Shown here one piece after another: positions 9,098 to 22,200 of a stretch of DNA of 64,000 nucleotides. Numbering within the stretch: position 1 is the stretch's first letter; every line of letters starts with the position of its first letter. The position numbers and the translations under genes are program-made. The DNA comes from Raillietiella orientalis (Eukaryota), in contig JAYWIR010000055.1 of NCBI GenBank assembly GCA_036172245.1, positions 310,001 to 374,000 of the forward strand. Direction: 5' to 3'. The notes beneath the pieces are model-generated. The model did no database searches, had not been told where the DNA came from, and worked only from the letters and a program-made list of their open reading frames with translations.

Positions 9098-9370
9098 AAG
9101 GTTTTTGCAGTTTCTCAACGCTACTTCCGCATCACAGCCACTTCTAAAACAAAGCTCAATCTTATTCATTGTATGCAACGTTTAACATTTAATGAACAAT
9201 CTAACAAACAGATAATTTTAAATCGAGTTCAAAACCCCTGTGGCACGAACGATCGCATCAACCTTTTTTTTTTTGTTTTTTCCAAAGAAAGGGAATAGAA
9301 AAAGGAATAGAAAGATGAACATCTGCGCACTAAGCGGAAAAAATAACTGAATAACAACAGCACGACTTAC

Positions 9371-9560
9371 ATTTAACTTGTACTAAACATACATGGACAA
9401 AAGTCAAACTAATACGCGCTTATCCAGGAAACTGATACTGCAATACCAATTTTAAAGGACACTCCTTCACCACGACGCTACATAGCGACGAACCAGCGAT
9501 GCGATTTCAGTGGGTGCACAACGTGAACGTTGCCAACTCACCTCAAAGAGAGTTCAACGA
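9371..9560 (-). promoter_or_regulatory. Putative non-coding first exon and promoter of the POLR3K-YRDC-DPH3-PLEKHM1 unit
   Basis: GTAAGT donor at 9370-9365 and TTTGTTTTAG acceptor ending at 9144 define a 227-nt 5'UTR intron; local return of CpG dinucleotides (~9230-9530) against the CpG-poor gene bodies. TSS position not determinable. Confidence 0.5.
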
Positions 9561-12399
9561 TTTGCACATAAAAATAAAATACATGCAAAAATATTTCATT
9601 TTTATGCAAATGCAGGGAACTTTTGCATGTTCATGTGCAAACAAGCTGTAAATATCATAGCATTATTCTCACTGTTTTGTTCACTTGGTAAAAATATAAG
9701 TGTTGTGATTCAATGATTTGAGAAACTTAATGATGGAACAGTAATTGGACACGGAACAGTTTTGCACAACGTGATAATTCAGTCAGTTACTAATCTATGT
9801 ATTTCCCTGGAAAAAAAAAAAGATAAGAATGCTCTTTGGTCTTCAAGTTGCATTTTCTCTCTCCTGCTGCTACTCCATAATGCTTCTGTTCAAAAAATTC
9901 CCAGCTATTTATTTCAAAATGACGTTATTATTTTGGTGAATAGGATTAATTTTCCAATAGCATGATTATCACCACTGGATCATGCACCTTTGACGTCTGA
10001 GCCATATACCGAATTTTGAGAGACGCCGCTACAACTTTGAAGCGCTTGCTCGTGTCGAGGCATAAGAGTCCCTTGAATCTCTGGACGTTCTGATAGGCGG
10101 AAGAAATGGAATCCTGGAGGGAGCGAGCTCCTTAGATGCTCGCGGAAGAGTCCCCTCCCGCCCTCGAGGGAAGCCTGGAGACACTGTGGCTTCACACGAC
10201 CGTACTTTCTCAGGACACTCTGGTGCCCGATCTGCACGGCTTCCGGATCACGACTCCGCCTGCTTCCTACCTGTTGCTGGAGGTCACCTGAGCAACACCG
10301 GGCGCACCCGATTCCCCGATCCATGACAGCGGGCTTACGTTACGCTTTCTACAGATGCGTGGCTGGAGATTCCCAACTGGATCAGCCGACCACCATCTGT
10401 CATCTCCCACGTGAGAAGAGAAAGAGCCAAGCGCCATGAATCCAAGGCAGGAAAGGCAAGACTGCTCCTTTCCTTCCTTTCTCCCTGAAATGAGCCTGCC
10501 GGATCCTCCGCTTCCCCGTGGTCTCGTAGACACCTCGGCGTCAAACCCTTCCTCTTCCAAAGACGAGATCGAAGTCCGTCTTGAAGGCTAGCACAAACAA
10601 ACACCGCATCCCTAGGACCGCATCTCTGGCCGTCCAGAGCTTCCTCGCAACGCCCTGCCGAGGCTTTGTAGGTGTCCCAGGCAAGCAAAGCGCAGGGCTC
10701 GTAGGAGCGGCTGCAAATCGCTCCTATCGCAAGCGGCGCTCGCGCCATCTCTGACGTGAAACGTGAAGCAGAGTCACTGGGAGGTTGTCACACGCAAGGC
10801 AGGAATCCCGTCTCCCGAGGGTGCGTGTGTACCTACCGGTCCAGAGCAGACGCAGCCTCTGCTGCTGCTGCTCCTCTACTTTCCTCCGTGCAGCGAGCGG
10901 AGGTTGCCGAGCACGAACGGGAAGTGCCCTCTCTCGAGCTGCTCTTACCATGCTTTGTGCAAGAGAGTCTTTGTGCAACACACTCAGTGAATGTGAAAAT
11001 ACATATCGATGATTAAGCATATGATCTTCAATCTGTATCCTTACACTTCTTAATATAATGTTGCAGATTGAAGGGCGTACGATGTGGATTCAGGTTATCT
11101 TCCTTTGAAAAGCTTGGGATTTATTTACCGAGTCAAGTGTGGCATGAGAAAAGGTCACTACCGTATAAAAGAATCCCCATATATGGCTTTCTATTTATTA
11201 TCGGAAATAAAGTAAGAAAAATTATATTGAGACTGGAGTCATACGATGGAAATTTATGCCCTTTCATTGTGACAATTTGAATTATGAGGTGGAGCGCTGG
11301 GGGAGAAAATAGAATGCTCTTGTATTTGCAAAAGGTTTTTTTTCCCAGCTGCAAAACGTCAGTAATTCCGTGTGCGTTACTGTCCCAACGTCCGTTATTT
11401 ACTAATGAAATAATCATAATTCTGTACACGGTTTCAGACTTCCATACCACAAATAGGTTTTTTTTATGTGACGTTTAATCCCTGTTGTTTGGTTACGAAA
11501 GAAAAGCCTCCATTTCATTTCTGGTTCCTTAGATGAGGAAAATAAAACTTGATGCTCTTAGGAGCTTGAGAACCGTGGCGAATGGCATCCAGGAAAAGGA
11601 GCATTTCACGCTGCTGAACAAAGTTGTAAATGTGTAGACCAGAAGATCAAAAGAAGAGCACAGAGGTTGGCCTCAACAGGACGCAGACACGCAGCCGCTG
11701 CGGTCACGCAGGTGAAAGCAGGTCTGCAAGAAAACGATGCCTTGCATTGTGGTCACATCAGAGAACAAAAAAAAAAAATGATCAACAGGGATGGCATGCA
11801 AAGCGGGCTGGAAATTTTTCTCCTTGCGATAACGAGGCAAATTCAGTAACAAATGATGACCTGATTTGTGAAGTATTTCGATGGGAATCCTTTGGGGTTC
11901 TTCTGTTTTCTCTGCTTTCCTTCCGGATGTTTTTTTTTTTTTGCTTGTTTGTTGGCTGGGCGGAGGGGGAGAGCTTCTCAAGGAGTAGAGAAAAACCGTC
12001 GCCTCCTTAGGAAAGGGGAAGGAAGCTCACAAAGCTCTTTAAACACTGTCCATGCCACCCGAGGATGCGTGTAACTTCAGCTTGGGGCAGCCCAGAGGCA
12101 CCATCCTATGAGGAAGACTCCTAAGAAAGTTTTGTAGGGAACGTGGAAAGGATCCGTTCCTTGCATCCTCCTCTGAAGAGAACCCCGGAGTAACGCTTCC
12201 CTATTTCACTGAAGGGCGCTCCCAGAAGGGAGCGGAGTGCGCTTTTACGCCCTGCAGAGGCATCCTCCCGAGGGAGTATCAACCAGCTCCATGGTAACGG
12301 GTTCATTTTCAGAAACGGAGGGGACCCCAAAGGGAACCGACTCCTTGATTCCTGGAAGGACTTCCAGTCTCGATAGGTCTGCAGGAGCATTCGGTTTCC

Positions 12400-13300
12400 A
12401 GCTTCCGCAACCAGTACCGCACCCGAATATAGACCTCGGCGCGCTCCAAAGAGGCAGGTGAAACCTGCCGGACAACGGGTCGAGGTGTGGAACGCCCTCG
12501 TGGCCCCCCTCCTCCATCCCCTGCTTTCTGTCTGCCCCCCACCAGAGAGGATCAAGAAGCGGACGATGAACCTCCTCCGGATCGCCCATTAGACAAAGGG
12601 AGGTCCCGAGTCCGCCTGAAGGACTTGTGTGCTCCGCGCTGGGACGACGGCCTATGCCTCCCCTGACGCTAGAGAGAATGGAGCTGCAGCTCCAGTTTCT
12701 CACACTTGCCCTCCTGGCAAAGCTATGGAGCACCATCTGGTGCCAACCTGCACGTCTCCTCGTCCAGCAGGCCTCCGGCAGCGTGGAACTCACGTCCTTC
12801 CTTGCGCGCCGTCCACGCAGCCTCATTCACCGCGAACTGCACCTTCGGCAGGTGACCACGCTGGCCAGGAAAAACGGATGGATCTCCTGCCTTCCTGCGA
12901 GCGGTAGTGCCTGGCTGCAGAGAACTGTTCGCACGTGGGCGGGGACTCAGCCAAGCGCAGAACAGGGAGGACGTTTCCTGTACGCGCGCAAGAAAACTGC
13001 ACGCTCTGGGAGATCCTGGAGGATCCCGTGAAGAGTGCGTGGGCAGGAGCAACAACCTCCGTTGCCGCAGCGCTGCCCACTCCAAGGGAACACATGGACA
13101 GCAGCCTTACGGCTAGATGGGAGGTTAGTGTGGAAAGTCTCCGGAAGGAGAAAAGGACTGGGCGAGTGGAAAACGGGCCAGCTCACCGACGCTGCGACCC
13201 CGAATGCCCCGCCTCGAGGACTTTTGTGCTGGGGAGTGCTACTGGGTATTCCGGAGGAAGACTTGCAGTGGCCCCCAGTGCTTCTGGACAGACGCACCCT
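12400..13300 (+). mobile_element. Decayed non-LTR retrotransposon (L1/Tx1-like) ORF2 C-terminal remnant
   Basis: Broken-frame translation RVEVWNALVAPLLHPLLSVCPPPERIKKRTMNLLR..RVRLKDLCAPRWDDGLCLP..ALLAKLW..AHRRCDPECPASRTF resembles the L1/Tx1 post-RT motifs GRxxxxNSLV..P..K...FLW / LCxPKxxGGLGLP / ALLAK.W / zf-RVT H...CP; contains stops and frameshifts. Confidence 0.5.
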
Positions 13301-14130
13301 CCCTTTAAAGTGAAAGGAGTCTGCGTTTACTCCGCTGCACTGGGGCCACCCGTGCAACGGCTGCAGGCATCATTGGACACGGGGGGGGGAGAGGGGGGGA
13401 CCCAAGCTGCGCGAGGAGCGGGAATTCCTTTCCCACACCTCCTAGTTCACTGTGTTGCCCTCCAGACCCCTTAGGCCTCTTTGCCGCGGCCCTTGGAATC
13501 CCCGGCGGCAACTCCAGAGACGTTTGAAAGCTCCTCTTCCTGCGGGACGCCCTCACGCCGGCCGTACCCCTAGCAGCACTTTGCCCACGCTGCAGGACCG
13601 TGGCCGCACGGAGCCACGCCAGAGGAGGCCACAACGACAGGGGCGCTATCAATTTTGCCGTCCTCTTCAGGAGGACAGCGTCAAGAAGGCCCCATCTGGG
13701 AGTTTTGGAAGAGGAACTTGCCGGCATCCTTACAAGGATGCAGAGGACACCCTCCAGCACAAAGTAATCCCTTCCCCAACTCCCCCCCCCTCTTCCCATA
13801 TTTTTTTGACTGTGTGTTTTTTGTTTTATTTTTTTCTGTTTATCTCTCCCTCCCCTGTGCTGCCGAGGCAGATTTCGCCTCCGGAAATCTCCTGGCACGC
13901 ATGCCAGCGGATTTCGCTGGCCTGCGTGCCAGGTCTCGGCAGGTTCCTTCTTTTAGTTATAAGTAACGTGGCAGGATCAATCGTCCTGCCACACAGACAT
14001 GTATATTTACTTTATAAATAAACTCCCCGGCGTGACCAGGTGTCACCCAGTGCTGCACCGAATGGGCCAACCAGCGTCATCTTGCGGGGGGAACTTGAAA
14101 GCCGTGACGCACCCCTATTTCTCTGGCTCT

Positions 14131-14205
14131 TCCCCGAGAGGGGTTCGAACCCGCAACGCTTGGTACCACGAGCAGAGGCCGCGGCCGATGGCTGCCGATG
14201 CGAGC
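14131..14205 (-). repeat. Possible tRNA-derived (SINE head-like) remnant
   Basis: B-box/T-arm-like GCGGGTTCGAACCCCTC on the minus strand; no convincing A-box or full cloverleaf. Confidence 0.25.
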
Positions 14206-15278
14206 GGTCAGCAGGCGAGAAAAGGAGTGGTTCTTGTAGGATTGTGGCTTTTTGTGTGTTTTTTCCCCCACCTTCGACAGCATGCAGCTGCACCACTGTA
14301 TTCAATCAAAACAGACCGAAGGAGTGATCCACCTGGAAACCGCTTATGCCATCTGGAAACCCACGAGAAGAAGACAAACAGAGAGTTCTCTTATGACCTC
14401 TGCTGTTTCACTGCTTCCTTTTTACAGCCACACTCGTGTCGGCCGTTTCTCTTCTAGCGCAAACAGTGCCTTCCGCGAGAGAAGACCCCCCCGGCGTCAT
14501 TTGTGGAGCGAACGGTGCTCCGAATGCTGAAGGATTGTGGTGCTTTGGAGCGAAGAGCGGCTGCTTCTCGGGACTCCACGGCAAAAGACGACCACTCCGC
14601 CACCGTCCGAACGAGCATCGACCTCGAGAAACCCTTTCGCCATCTCTTCGGTGGTGCTTCGCATGGTGGAGGAGAGACTCCCTTGTTGCCGGCGGAGTCA
14701 TCCTTGAAGGAGTGCTCCTATTCTTCCACGTGCAGCTGCGTCTCTCATCCTTGCGGTGCGCGCCGCGCAAGCCGACTAATGATTGCTCTTAGGCATCCAA
14801 GGATTGAAAGAACGCGAGGAAGGAATCGTCGAAAGATGCGCGCGACAGCCACTGCCACCTGTGAGCCTCCTCGCAACCTTTGCTGCAAGCACAGGCGAGC
14901 TGCGGCTTGCGCGTGGAGGGCAGATCGACCCCTCTGCAACCGGCTCGTCCCTCCTTGGAGGCGGGGATCCGCGTGCTGCTTCCGGTTCACCGGAAGCAGC
15001 GCGCGGAGGTGAAAGAGGGGGACCGGGACCGGGAGCGGCGCTCCGAACGCGACAAACGAGCCGCGGAAACCCGACCGGCGTTTCCTCTCTCTCTCCAGCC
15101 GGCAACCGAAACTTCCGCTCACAGCGAAGCGTCGGCGTCCCTCCGCCGAGCGGAAGAGACCTTTCAGGTCCTCCTCCTGAATTCTATCCAAGAGCACGAC
15201 ACTCGGTGTCCAATGCAACAACACAGGGAGTGAACGCTCATTTTTAGTGCTGGACAACCCACAGATCTTCGGGTCGAT

Positions 15279-16289
15279 TTATTCTTCGGGTGCCAACTCT
15301 TCCTCTTTGTTCACGGCGGTGTCTTTCCCTTCGCTCTTGATGGCTTCCTCCTTGACGCTTTCAGGAACTTCTTCTTTCGGTTTGGAGATGACCGTCGTCA
15401 CCTCCACCGCCTTCATCCAGTCGTGCTTCAGCACGAGTTCCAAGGTGATTCGTTTCGTCACGTCCGGCTCCAACATGGCCATGATCATCCTCTTGAGTTC
15501 GTTGCTCAGCCTGTCGCGCACGCGGGGCCGGAAGGACCAGCTCTTACTCAGCTGGTCCTTGAGCATCCTCTTGAGGTTGGAGTCGTTGAAAGGCATGGCG
15601 GCGTTCACCATGATGAACAGGATGATCCCCGTGGACCAGATGTCGGCCATCTTCGGGTTGTACGGCGAGCCGCGCACGACCTCCGGGGCGGCGTAGGCCG
15701 CGGACCCACAGTAGGTTTCGCTGAGCACCCGCTTCCCGTCCTTGTCCGTGCACATGCGCGCGAAGCCGAAGTCCGCCACCTTGATGTTCAGGTTCTTCGT
15801 GAGGAGGATGTTCTCGCATTTGAGGTCGCGGTGGGCGATGTCCTTCTGGTGGAGGTACTGCAGCGCGGACGACAGCTGCCTGAACCACACCTTGCTCTGC
15901 AGCTCCGGGATGGCGCCGTTGCCCTTGATATAGTCCAGCAGGTCGCCCCCTTCCGCGACCTGCATGAAGATGTAGACCTTGTCCTGCCTCTCCAGGATGC
16001 TGTGCACGCGGATGATGTGCGTGTGGTCGAGGGCCATAATGATTTCCAGCTCCCGGGGGAAGAACTTTGTGACGAAATCCTCGGGCGCCTTGCTGCGGTC
16101 CACGATCTTGCACGCCAGTTTCTCCCGCCTGCCGCCCACCACGTATTCCGCCATCCGCACCTTGGCGTATGACCCCTGACCGAGTTTCTTCCCGAGGACA
16201 TAACCTTTCTTGTCGAGTGCCCTTTCTTCGCTAGTGGGTAAGGTAAGAGCCATAGCAGACAGGCAGAGGGCGAAGAGTGTAGGATGCAT
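15279..16289 (-). CDS. Testis-specific serine/threonine kinase (TSSK family), intronless; start may be the second ATG at 16253
   Basis: Complete kinase domain LGQGSYAKV, ACKIVDRSKAPEDFVTKFFPRELEI (TSSK signature), HRDLKCENILL, DFGFAR, LSETYCGSAAYAAPEV, ADIWS.GIILFIMV..MPF; strongly GC3-biased codons; stop TAA lies in AATAAA (15283-15278). Confidence 0.93.
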   Translation of the reverse strand: MHPTLFALCLSAMALTLPTSEERALDKKGYVLGKKLGQGSYAKVRMAEYVVGGRREKLACKIVDRSKAPEDFVTKFFPRELEIIMALDHTHIIRVHSILERQDKVYIFMQVAEGGDLLDYIKGNGAIPELQSKVWFRQLSSALQYLHQKDIAHRDLKCENILLTKNLNIKVADFGFARMCTDKDGKRVLSETYCGSAAYAAPEVVRGSPYNPKMADIWSTGIILFIMVNAAMPFNDSNLKRMLKDQLSKSWSFRPRVRDRLSNELKRMIMAMLEPDVTKRITLELVLKHDWMKAVEVTTVISKPKEEVPESVKEEAIKSEGKDTAVNKEEELAPEE

Positions 16290-19200
16290 GGATCATCCTA
16301 GGCGGGAATTTTGCTTTTCATCCATATTTACTGGGAGTTCAAAAATGACGAGTGCGGCAGACCGAGAAAAAAAAAAGATAAGGCAAGACAGGGGTCGTTT
16401 CCACGGTTACTCCCTTTGCGGATCTGCTTCTTTCGTCTCTGCGAGGCTGGCTGGTGGCGGCGGGACGGAGGGGCGGACCGGAACTGCGCCCAGGACGAGG
16501 GCGTCTTCGCACGGGAAGCAGCGGTCTCGACAGATCGTGGTGGCAGCCCCGACTTCGGAGCTCCTTTGTCTTTTGTCCAGCAGCCGAATCTTTGCCGTGG
16601 GCATCTCCCGGATTTCTGCTGCCGGTCCCTTCACCGCCATTCCCCGGGGACCAAATCTCGAGCGAGACCGGCGGCCGCCGTCGGGCAAGCGAGGCAAATG
16701 GGGGGAACGGGAAGGCTCGCGGAAATTCCCGAGCAGGGAACGGAGGAGGCCGTGCGAGACTGCTCGGACTTTCAAGGGGAGCCGCGAAAGTTACGGTGAT
16801 CCCTGCAGCCGTGGGGTTGCTGGAAATTTCGCTCCCCTCCCCATTCGTTCGGAATCTGCCAGGTCAAATCCCTTCAGCCCCACAGCCTCCGCTCGCCGTT
16901 CCTTCTCGTCTTCTCGAAGGATTTCATGCTGCGAGCGTGTGCGCTGCCTCGAATCCTTCGATCCCTTCCCAGGCGCCCTTCCCCCCTCCCTCCTCGCCCC
17001 GATCCCATGATCTCTCTGGTCTCCAGATTGAGATTTCCGCTTTTCTCCCTGTTGAATGTCATCCGATGAATTCTCTGCTCCTTCCTTGCTGGAGCGTTTC
17101 CGTTTACCTCTCTCCCCCCCCCCCCCTGTTGTTGCTGCTTTCCCCTCCCCCCTTCTCCTTCTTTCACTTGGAGCATTCTATTTGTCATTTTCAAAACCGA
17201 TAAATCTTTTGTTTTTTGTTCTTTGTTTTGTTTTTGTTTTTTTTTTGGGGGGGGGGGGGGGAAATAACCTCTCGGGTTTTCCAGAAACAGTGTGCTGCTT
17301 TTCCGCAAACAGAAGCTGCGGTTTCCCAAAGGCACAGCTAAAAGATTTTCGAAAATTATTTTTTAATTGGGCGTTTTTTGTGGCTTCTAAAAAAAAAAAA
17401 GAAAAAAAAAGAAAAAAGGGAGTCATCTTCCGGCCTGGGCAATAGAAAGTCGCGTTTTTCCGAATGCGCAGCCCCTCCACCGGATCTCCACGAGCTTAAT
17501 CTTCCGCTTTGCAAAAATGCAACCTTTCGTTGCCCCCCCCCCCCTCCCCACCCCCCGAATGCAGGGCGCTGCTCTTTTCCTTTTCCTCTTAAAAAAAAAA
17601 GGCTCTCTGCCGTTGGAAAACGAATCGGCTAATTTTACGAGTTGGGGAAGTCGCGCTGCGAGGGGAGGCTCCAAGAACTCTGTGTGCCCTCGTCCAGCGT
17701 TGCTGAGTGGGGGAGCTCGCCCGGAAGTGAGGGGGTGTCCCCGAGGATGCGCTGCCCGAAGGGGCTGCCGGAAATCCGATCCGGGGTCCGCTCGACGGGC
17801 CCGCGCAGAAAGGAGGGGCAGGAGGCGCTGGCGAAGCAGGGGCGCCGCCAGCTTTGTTTTACGACCGGGAACGCTCCAGGAGGAATGGGTCGCGTCCGAA
17901 CGTGCGGAGAGGGCCGTCCTCGGAAACTTCCCCTCCGCTGCCGAAGCCCTGCCCCGTCCCGGGCTTTCCGCCGAGGCGCGGGTCGCCGGGACAGCGCTTC
18001 CGCGGGGCCGTCCATCCGTCTCGATCCCGCAGGAACCGCGGATGCTTAATTGCCTGCCGCCGGCGCCCTGACGTCCCTCGGCGCCCCCTCCCCCCAGGGC
18101 TGGCTGGAGCACGTCTTGAGGCAGGCGTCTTGTCCCGGAGCAGAGCGTGTTTACCCCCCCCCCCCCAGCTGTCCAGCCGGGCCGCGGAAGAGTTCGCGTG
18201 CTGTTTGTTTTTCTTGCCGCCGCCTGATGGAACGCGTTCGTCGAGTTGGCAGAGGGAAAGTTGGCCTCCCCCTCCTCCCTCCCTGCTGGAGAAGAATAAA
18301 TCTTCCCGCAAGGAGCCCTCGATGGCACGGGCGGATCGGGACTCCGGAAGCTCGCTGACGATTCCCTCCGCCAGAAGAATCAATAAAACGTGTGCCGTTT
18401 CGTATAGGTTTCTCAACACGTACAAGAAGGAATCGTAGGTCGCCGCCGTGCAAAGAGGCCGCCGCGCGCTTCGCAACGAAAGTTAAGTTCATTACGCGGT
18501 CGTCGGCGCTCACGGCTGGACACTGCCGGCGACCCGAATGAATTATAACGGAAAGACGATGTAGCATTACAGGAAATAGTGAGAGTAAAAGATTTAAGGG
18601 AGGGAAGGGAAAGAGATAAATGGCAGTTGAAAAGCACCCATAAATTACAGGCAGCAAGTGAATCACGTGGATGGTTCCCCCCCCCCTCCCCCTCCCCTAT
18701 AGGCCTGAAATTTACATCCGGTACGCAACGCCGCCGCCATTGTTTGTTTCCGTGGCGATCAAGTCAGGTAAGTGTTCCCAAGTTCACCAAATGCAAACGG
18801 CACCGACAGCGGTGAAAATTGACGGTGGAATGTCATTTGTGGTGGCACCTGCAAAGTAAACATGAAAATAGGCTAACAGTGAAATAAAAACGTAACCCAG
18901 GGAGAGATAGGGGCAAATGCGATCCGCGGCGTGGGAAGCAACCCGAACAGATGCGAATTCCGGAAGATTGATGCTTGAAGAATGTTTTTTGCTTTTGTTT
19001 TGTTTCCTAAGGAAACCGAAATTCGGCCGAAATCGAAACCTTTTGGAAGGGCACGCAATAATTGCCATTCTTAATCTTGGCCATCATCATCTAGCTGAGG
19101 TGTTGTTGACGTGGTCGCAGACAATAATAATTTGTCAAGAGCTCAGCTCGGCAATCTTTTTCGTGCAGAGAACAATGCATGACGCATCCGCAAAAACTTT

Positions 19201-22200
19201 ATGAAGGATGCTCCTGGTATCCAGGGGAGCCTTATTTCCCGTCCATGATTTATAGTAGCGGCAATCATCCCCCATCTCGTGTGAGGTATCCGTGATTTAA
19301 TTGGGAGTCATGTAATGGGGAAAAATCCGCAATGCGTGCATCATGTGCGGAAGAATACATAGGATGCAGTATAATTATTAATATTCTTAGGGGATCTTGC
19401 TTCCCCCGGGGTCATATACGGAGCTGGAGATGGATTGAATGCGGAGAATGAAATGTTCGAATCAAGTTAAGGAGGTGCAGTAAAAAGAGTGCAATGGAAA
19501 CATCAAATGTGCAAGTCACATGGAGGGCTCTGGAATTCTTCCCCATCACTCTGGACCCGATTTGAGTGGATTTCACTTCCAGCAACTAGATGCGAGCCGT
19601 TTCCATCGATCCAGCCGATCTCGAGGAGATTCTTTACTCGTTTATCTGCCTTAATGGATCGTATGTGCATCCATGGGTGGAAAGCAAGCACACTTTTCAT
19701 TTATGGGAACAGCATCGTTCAAGAGAGTATCGGTTCGAATGAAGTCTTGATCACGTCCTGAAGAATGGCAATCAACCGGACGATCACGGGCGGAAAAGAG
19801 GAGGGGGAGGGGGACCTCTTAAGGAATAAGAATTATCAGCTTCGAGTTGGGTGTCTTTGCCAGTGGATCCGCATCCCGAGGAGCTGACATCGGAGCCTCC
19901 GGGAGGTGAGGTGAGGCCAGCGGCACGTTTGCTTTTTGTTCTTTTCCTCCCCTTTCCACCTGACTGTGTTGTTCTCGCCGTTCGTCCGTAAGAAGTGCGC
20001 CGCCGCCGCCGCCGGTGGTGGTGGTGGTGCTGCTGCTGTTTAGGTTTTCCCCTGCCTGCCCGCGATCAAACGGCAAACCGCCGCCCATGGCGAGCGCGCT
20101 CGGCCCGAGGCCACCACGGCGTGGCTGACACGCCGTTCAAGGGTCGCGACGGGCACACGCACGTCCGGGCACGAACGTGCGCGCATGCGCGACACCCAAC
20201 CTCGCGTTCCGTGGAAGCGCAGCGCCTCTTTTCGCGCCACAGCAGCCGACCTTTCAATATGGCGCAGGTGCTGCTCGTTGGACCGGATGATTGGCTGCCG
20301 TGCAGAAGCGATTCCGGGAAGTTTTCGTTTATGGGACCTGCGCTCCCTCGGAGACCGGGGAGGGGACGTGGAGTGAGGGGCGGGTGGAAAGGGGGAGGTG
20401 CTGGTCTTTCTCGTGATCCGGCCCGCTCCCTGCATATCTGCCCGCCGTCTCTTTGTTTCGACTGCTTCCCTATTTGCTGGAAGGGGAGGTGACCTTGATT
20501 TTGTGCACGGATGGTCGTGCAGATATCAATCGGTCACTCCGCGGGGACACGAACGACGAACTGTCGGCGGCGCGCAATGGACGCGTCCCTGCGGTCGCGG
20601 CCGGCCGCGTGTTTCTGGCCCGTCCTGTTGACCGGCCGTGGCAACCGGCGTTGCTGACCCGCTCCACCCGGCGGCGCGCCCGACCCGTTGCCGGGCACTC
20701 GCCGTCGGGCGGGCAGCGCATCGACCCGCGCGCGCGAGGGCGCCCGGTCCGCGGCGGCCGTCTCCGGCTGCTGCTGCTGCTGCTGCTACTCTCTCCCCCG
20801 AGCTGGAGATGTCCGCTCTTCACGCGGTGTCTCCGAGCCGGCCTCAAGCGCGCGCTGCTTGCGCTCTTTGCTGCACTCCTCCGCTTTCTCCTTTCACCTC
20901 GTCGTCCGCACGCTCCGCGCTGACGCAACGAGAGGACCCGTCTTGACGCGCGCGGGCGGACGGGACGGAAAGTGGGAGCGGCTTCTGCGGTGGATCATCG
21001 GCACTCGAAAGGAAGGTTGGAGTGGCTCCTGCGAGGGAGGTTATCTCGGACAGGAGAAGGAGGGGGGAGGGGTTCCGAGTTCGGTCCACGCGGCGCGTCC
21101 GTGCGGTTCCTTCGGAACCTGAGGGCGGCGGCAAAGAAAAGTTTTCCTTCACTTTCGAAACGCATCTGAGAGATTAGAAAGTTGGCAGAGCGGGGGGGAA
21201 GAAAAGAAAAGGAAAAGAAGGGGGGGGGATGAAGCCGGGAAGTGTGAGGAGGGATGGATGCCGACGCTTCGCCTTGACAACGAGGAATGCAGCGGGAACA
21301 ACCAGGCCAGGGGAAAGGGCAGGGGAAGGAAGGGGGGCGTTGCCCTCCCCACCGCTGGGAAAGCTCGAGGAGCGAATCAGAGGCGAGAGTGGCGGGGCTA
21401 GACGGAAGGAGACGGCGGCGGCGAGCCACAGGCGGAGCCCTGAAGAGGAGGGAGGGAGAAGCCGGAGGGCCTCGAAGAGGAGGGGCCGAGGCGGGAGACC
21501 TCGGCGTCCGAGCGTGGAGCGGCGGGAGACGTCGGCCAAGAGCTGCCCACGCGCGGAATCCCCGGTTCCCGGGAATTGAATTAGGAGGGGGATGCGGCGA
21601 GAAGGACGGATGCGTCTCAATTTTGAGGACTCCCCCCGGCTTGTCTCCCTCCCTGCAAGGCGATTAGGGGAACCCCTCCGCCCGTAGGGATTAATGGGGA
21701 TCAAGGAGGAAGGTAGGCGGTCACGATGGATGAGTCCCCGGTTCGGAGGGGAAGAGCGCGTCCCGGTAATCGAGGTGGAATGGGGCTCGAAGGGAAGGGC
21801 CGAGGAGGAAGCGGGGCCAGATCCGCGCGTAGCAAAGGAGGGGAGGGGAGCAGGGAAAAGCGAGGCGGCGGTTCTCTTGCAGAGTCCAGCAGTCGGAGGA
21901 GGAGCTTCGTACACTGTCCGCACACATGCAGAGAAAAGGCGCAGGGATTATTTTTTTTCCTTCCCTAAAAGGAAGCGCAGGAGGAGGAGGAAAATTCCAT
22001 TCCCGCTACCCACCCCATCCCCCGTGCCCCTGGGTGGGGGGTCTTGCGGTCGGAAGTTCTCTTCGAAGGTTCCGGAAGAGTCCACTCGGGGGAGCATCGC
22101 GGGGTGGGGTAACAAAAGCCCTCCTTTCCGACTCCACCCCAAAGGATGCGAATTTTCTGCCTCCACGATGGCTCCTTCCCCCCTCCCCACTTCCTATTCC

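Noticed and set aside
9130..9145. ATCACAGCCA resembling a miR-2/13 seed
   Set aside because: No hairpin; it is the antisense of the POLR3K 5'UTR exon start.
9960..11140. Short ORFs and splice-like sites on the minus strand; GATTAAGCATATG resembling the 18S rRNA 5' region
   Set aside because: No coherent spliced ORF with a recognisable product; the rRNA resemblance is only a few bases with no continuation.
15423..16201. Alternative-frame and antisense ORFs over the TSSK gene
   Set aside because: Shadow ORFs produced by the strong GC3 bias of the true CDS.
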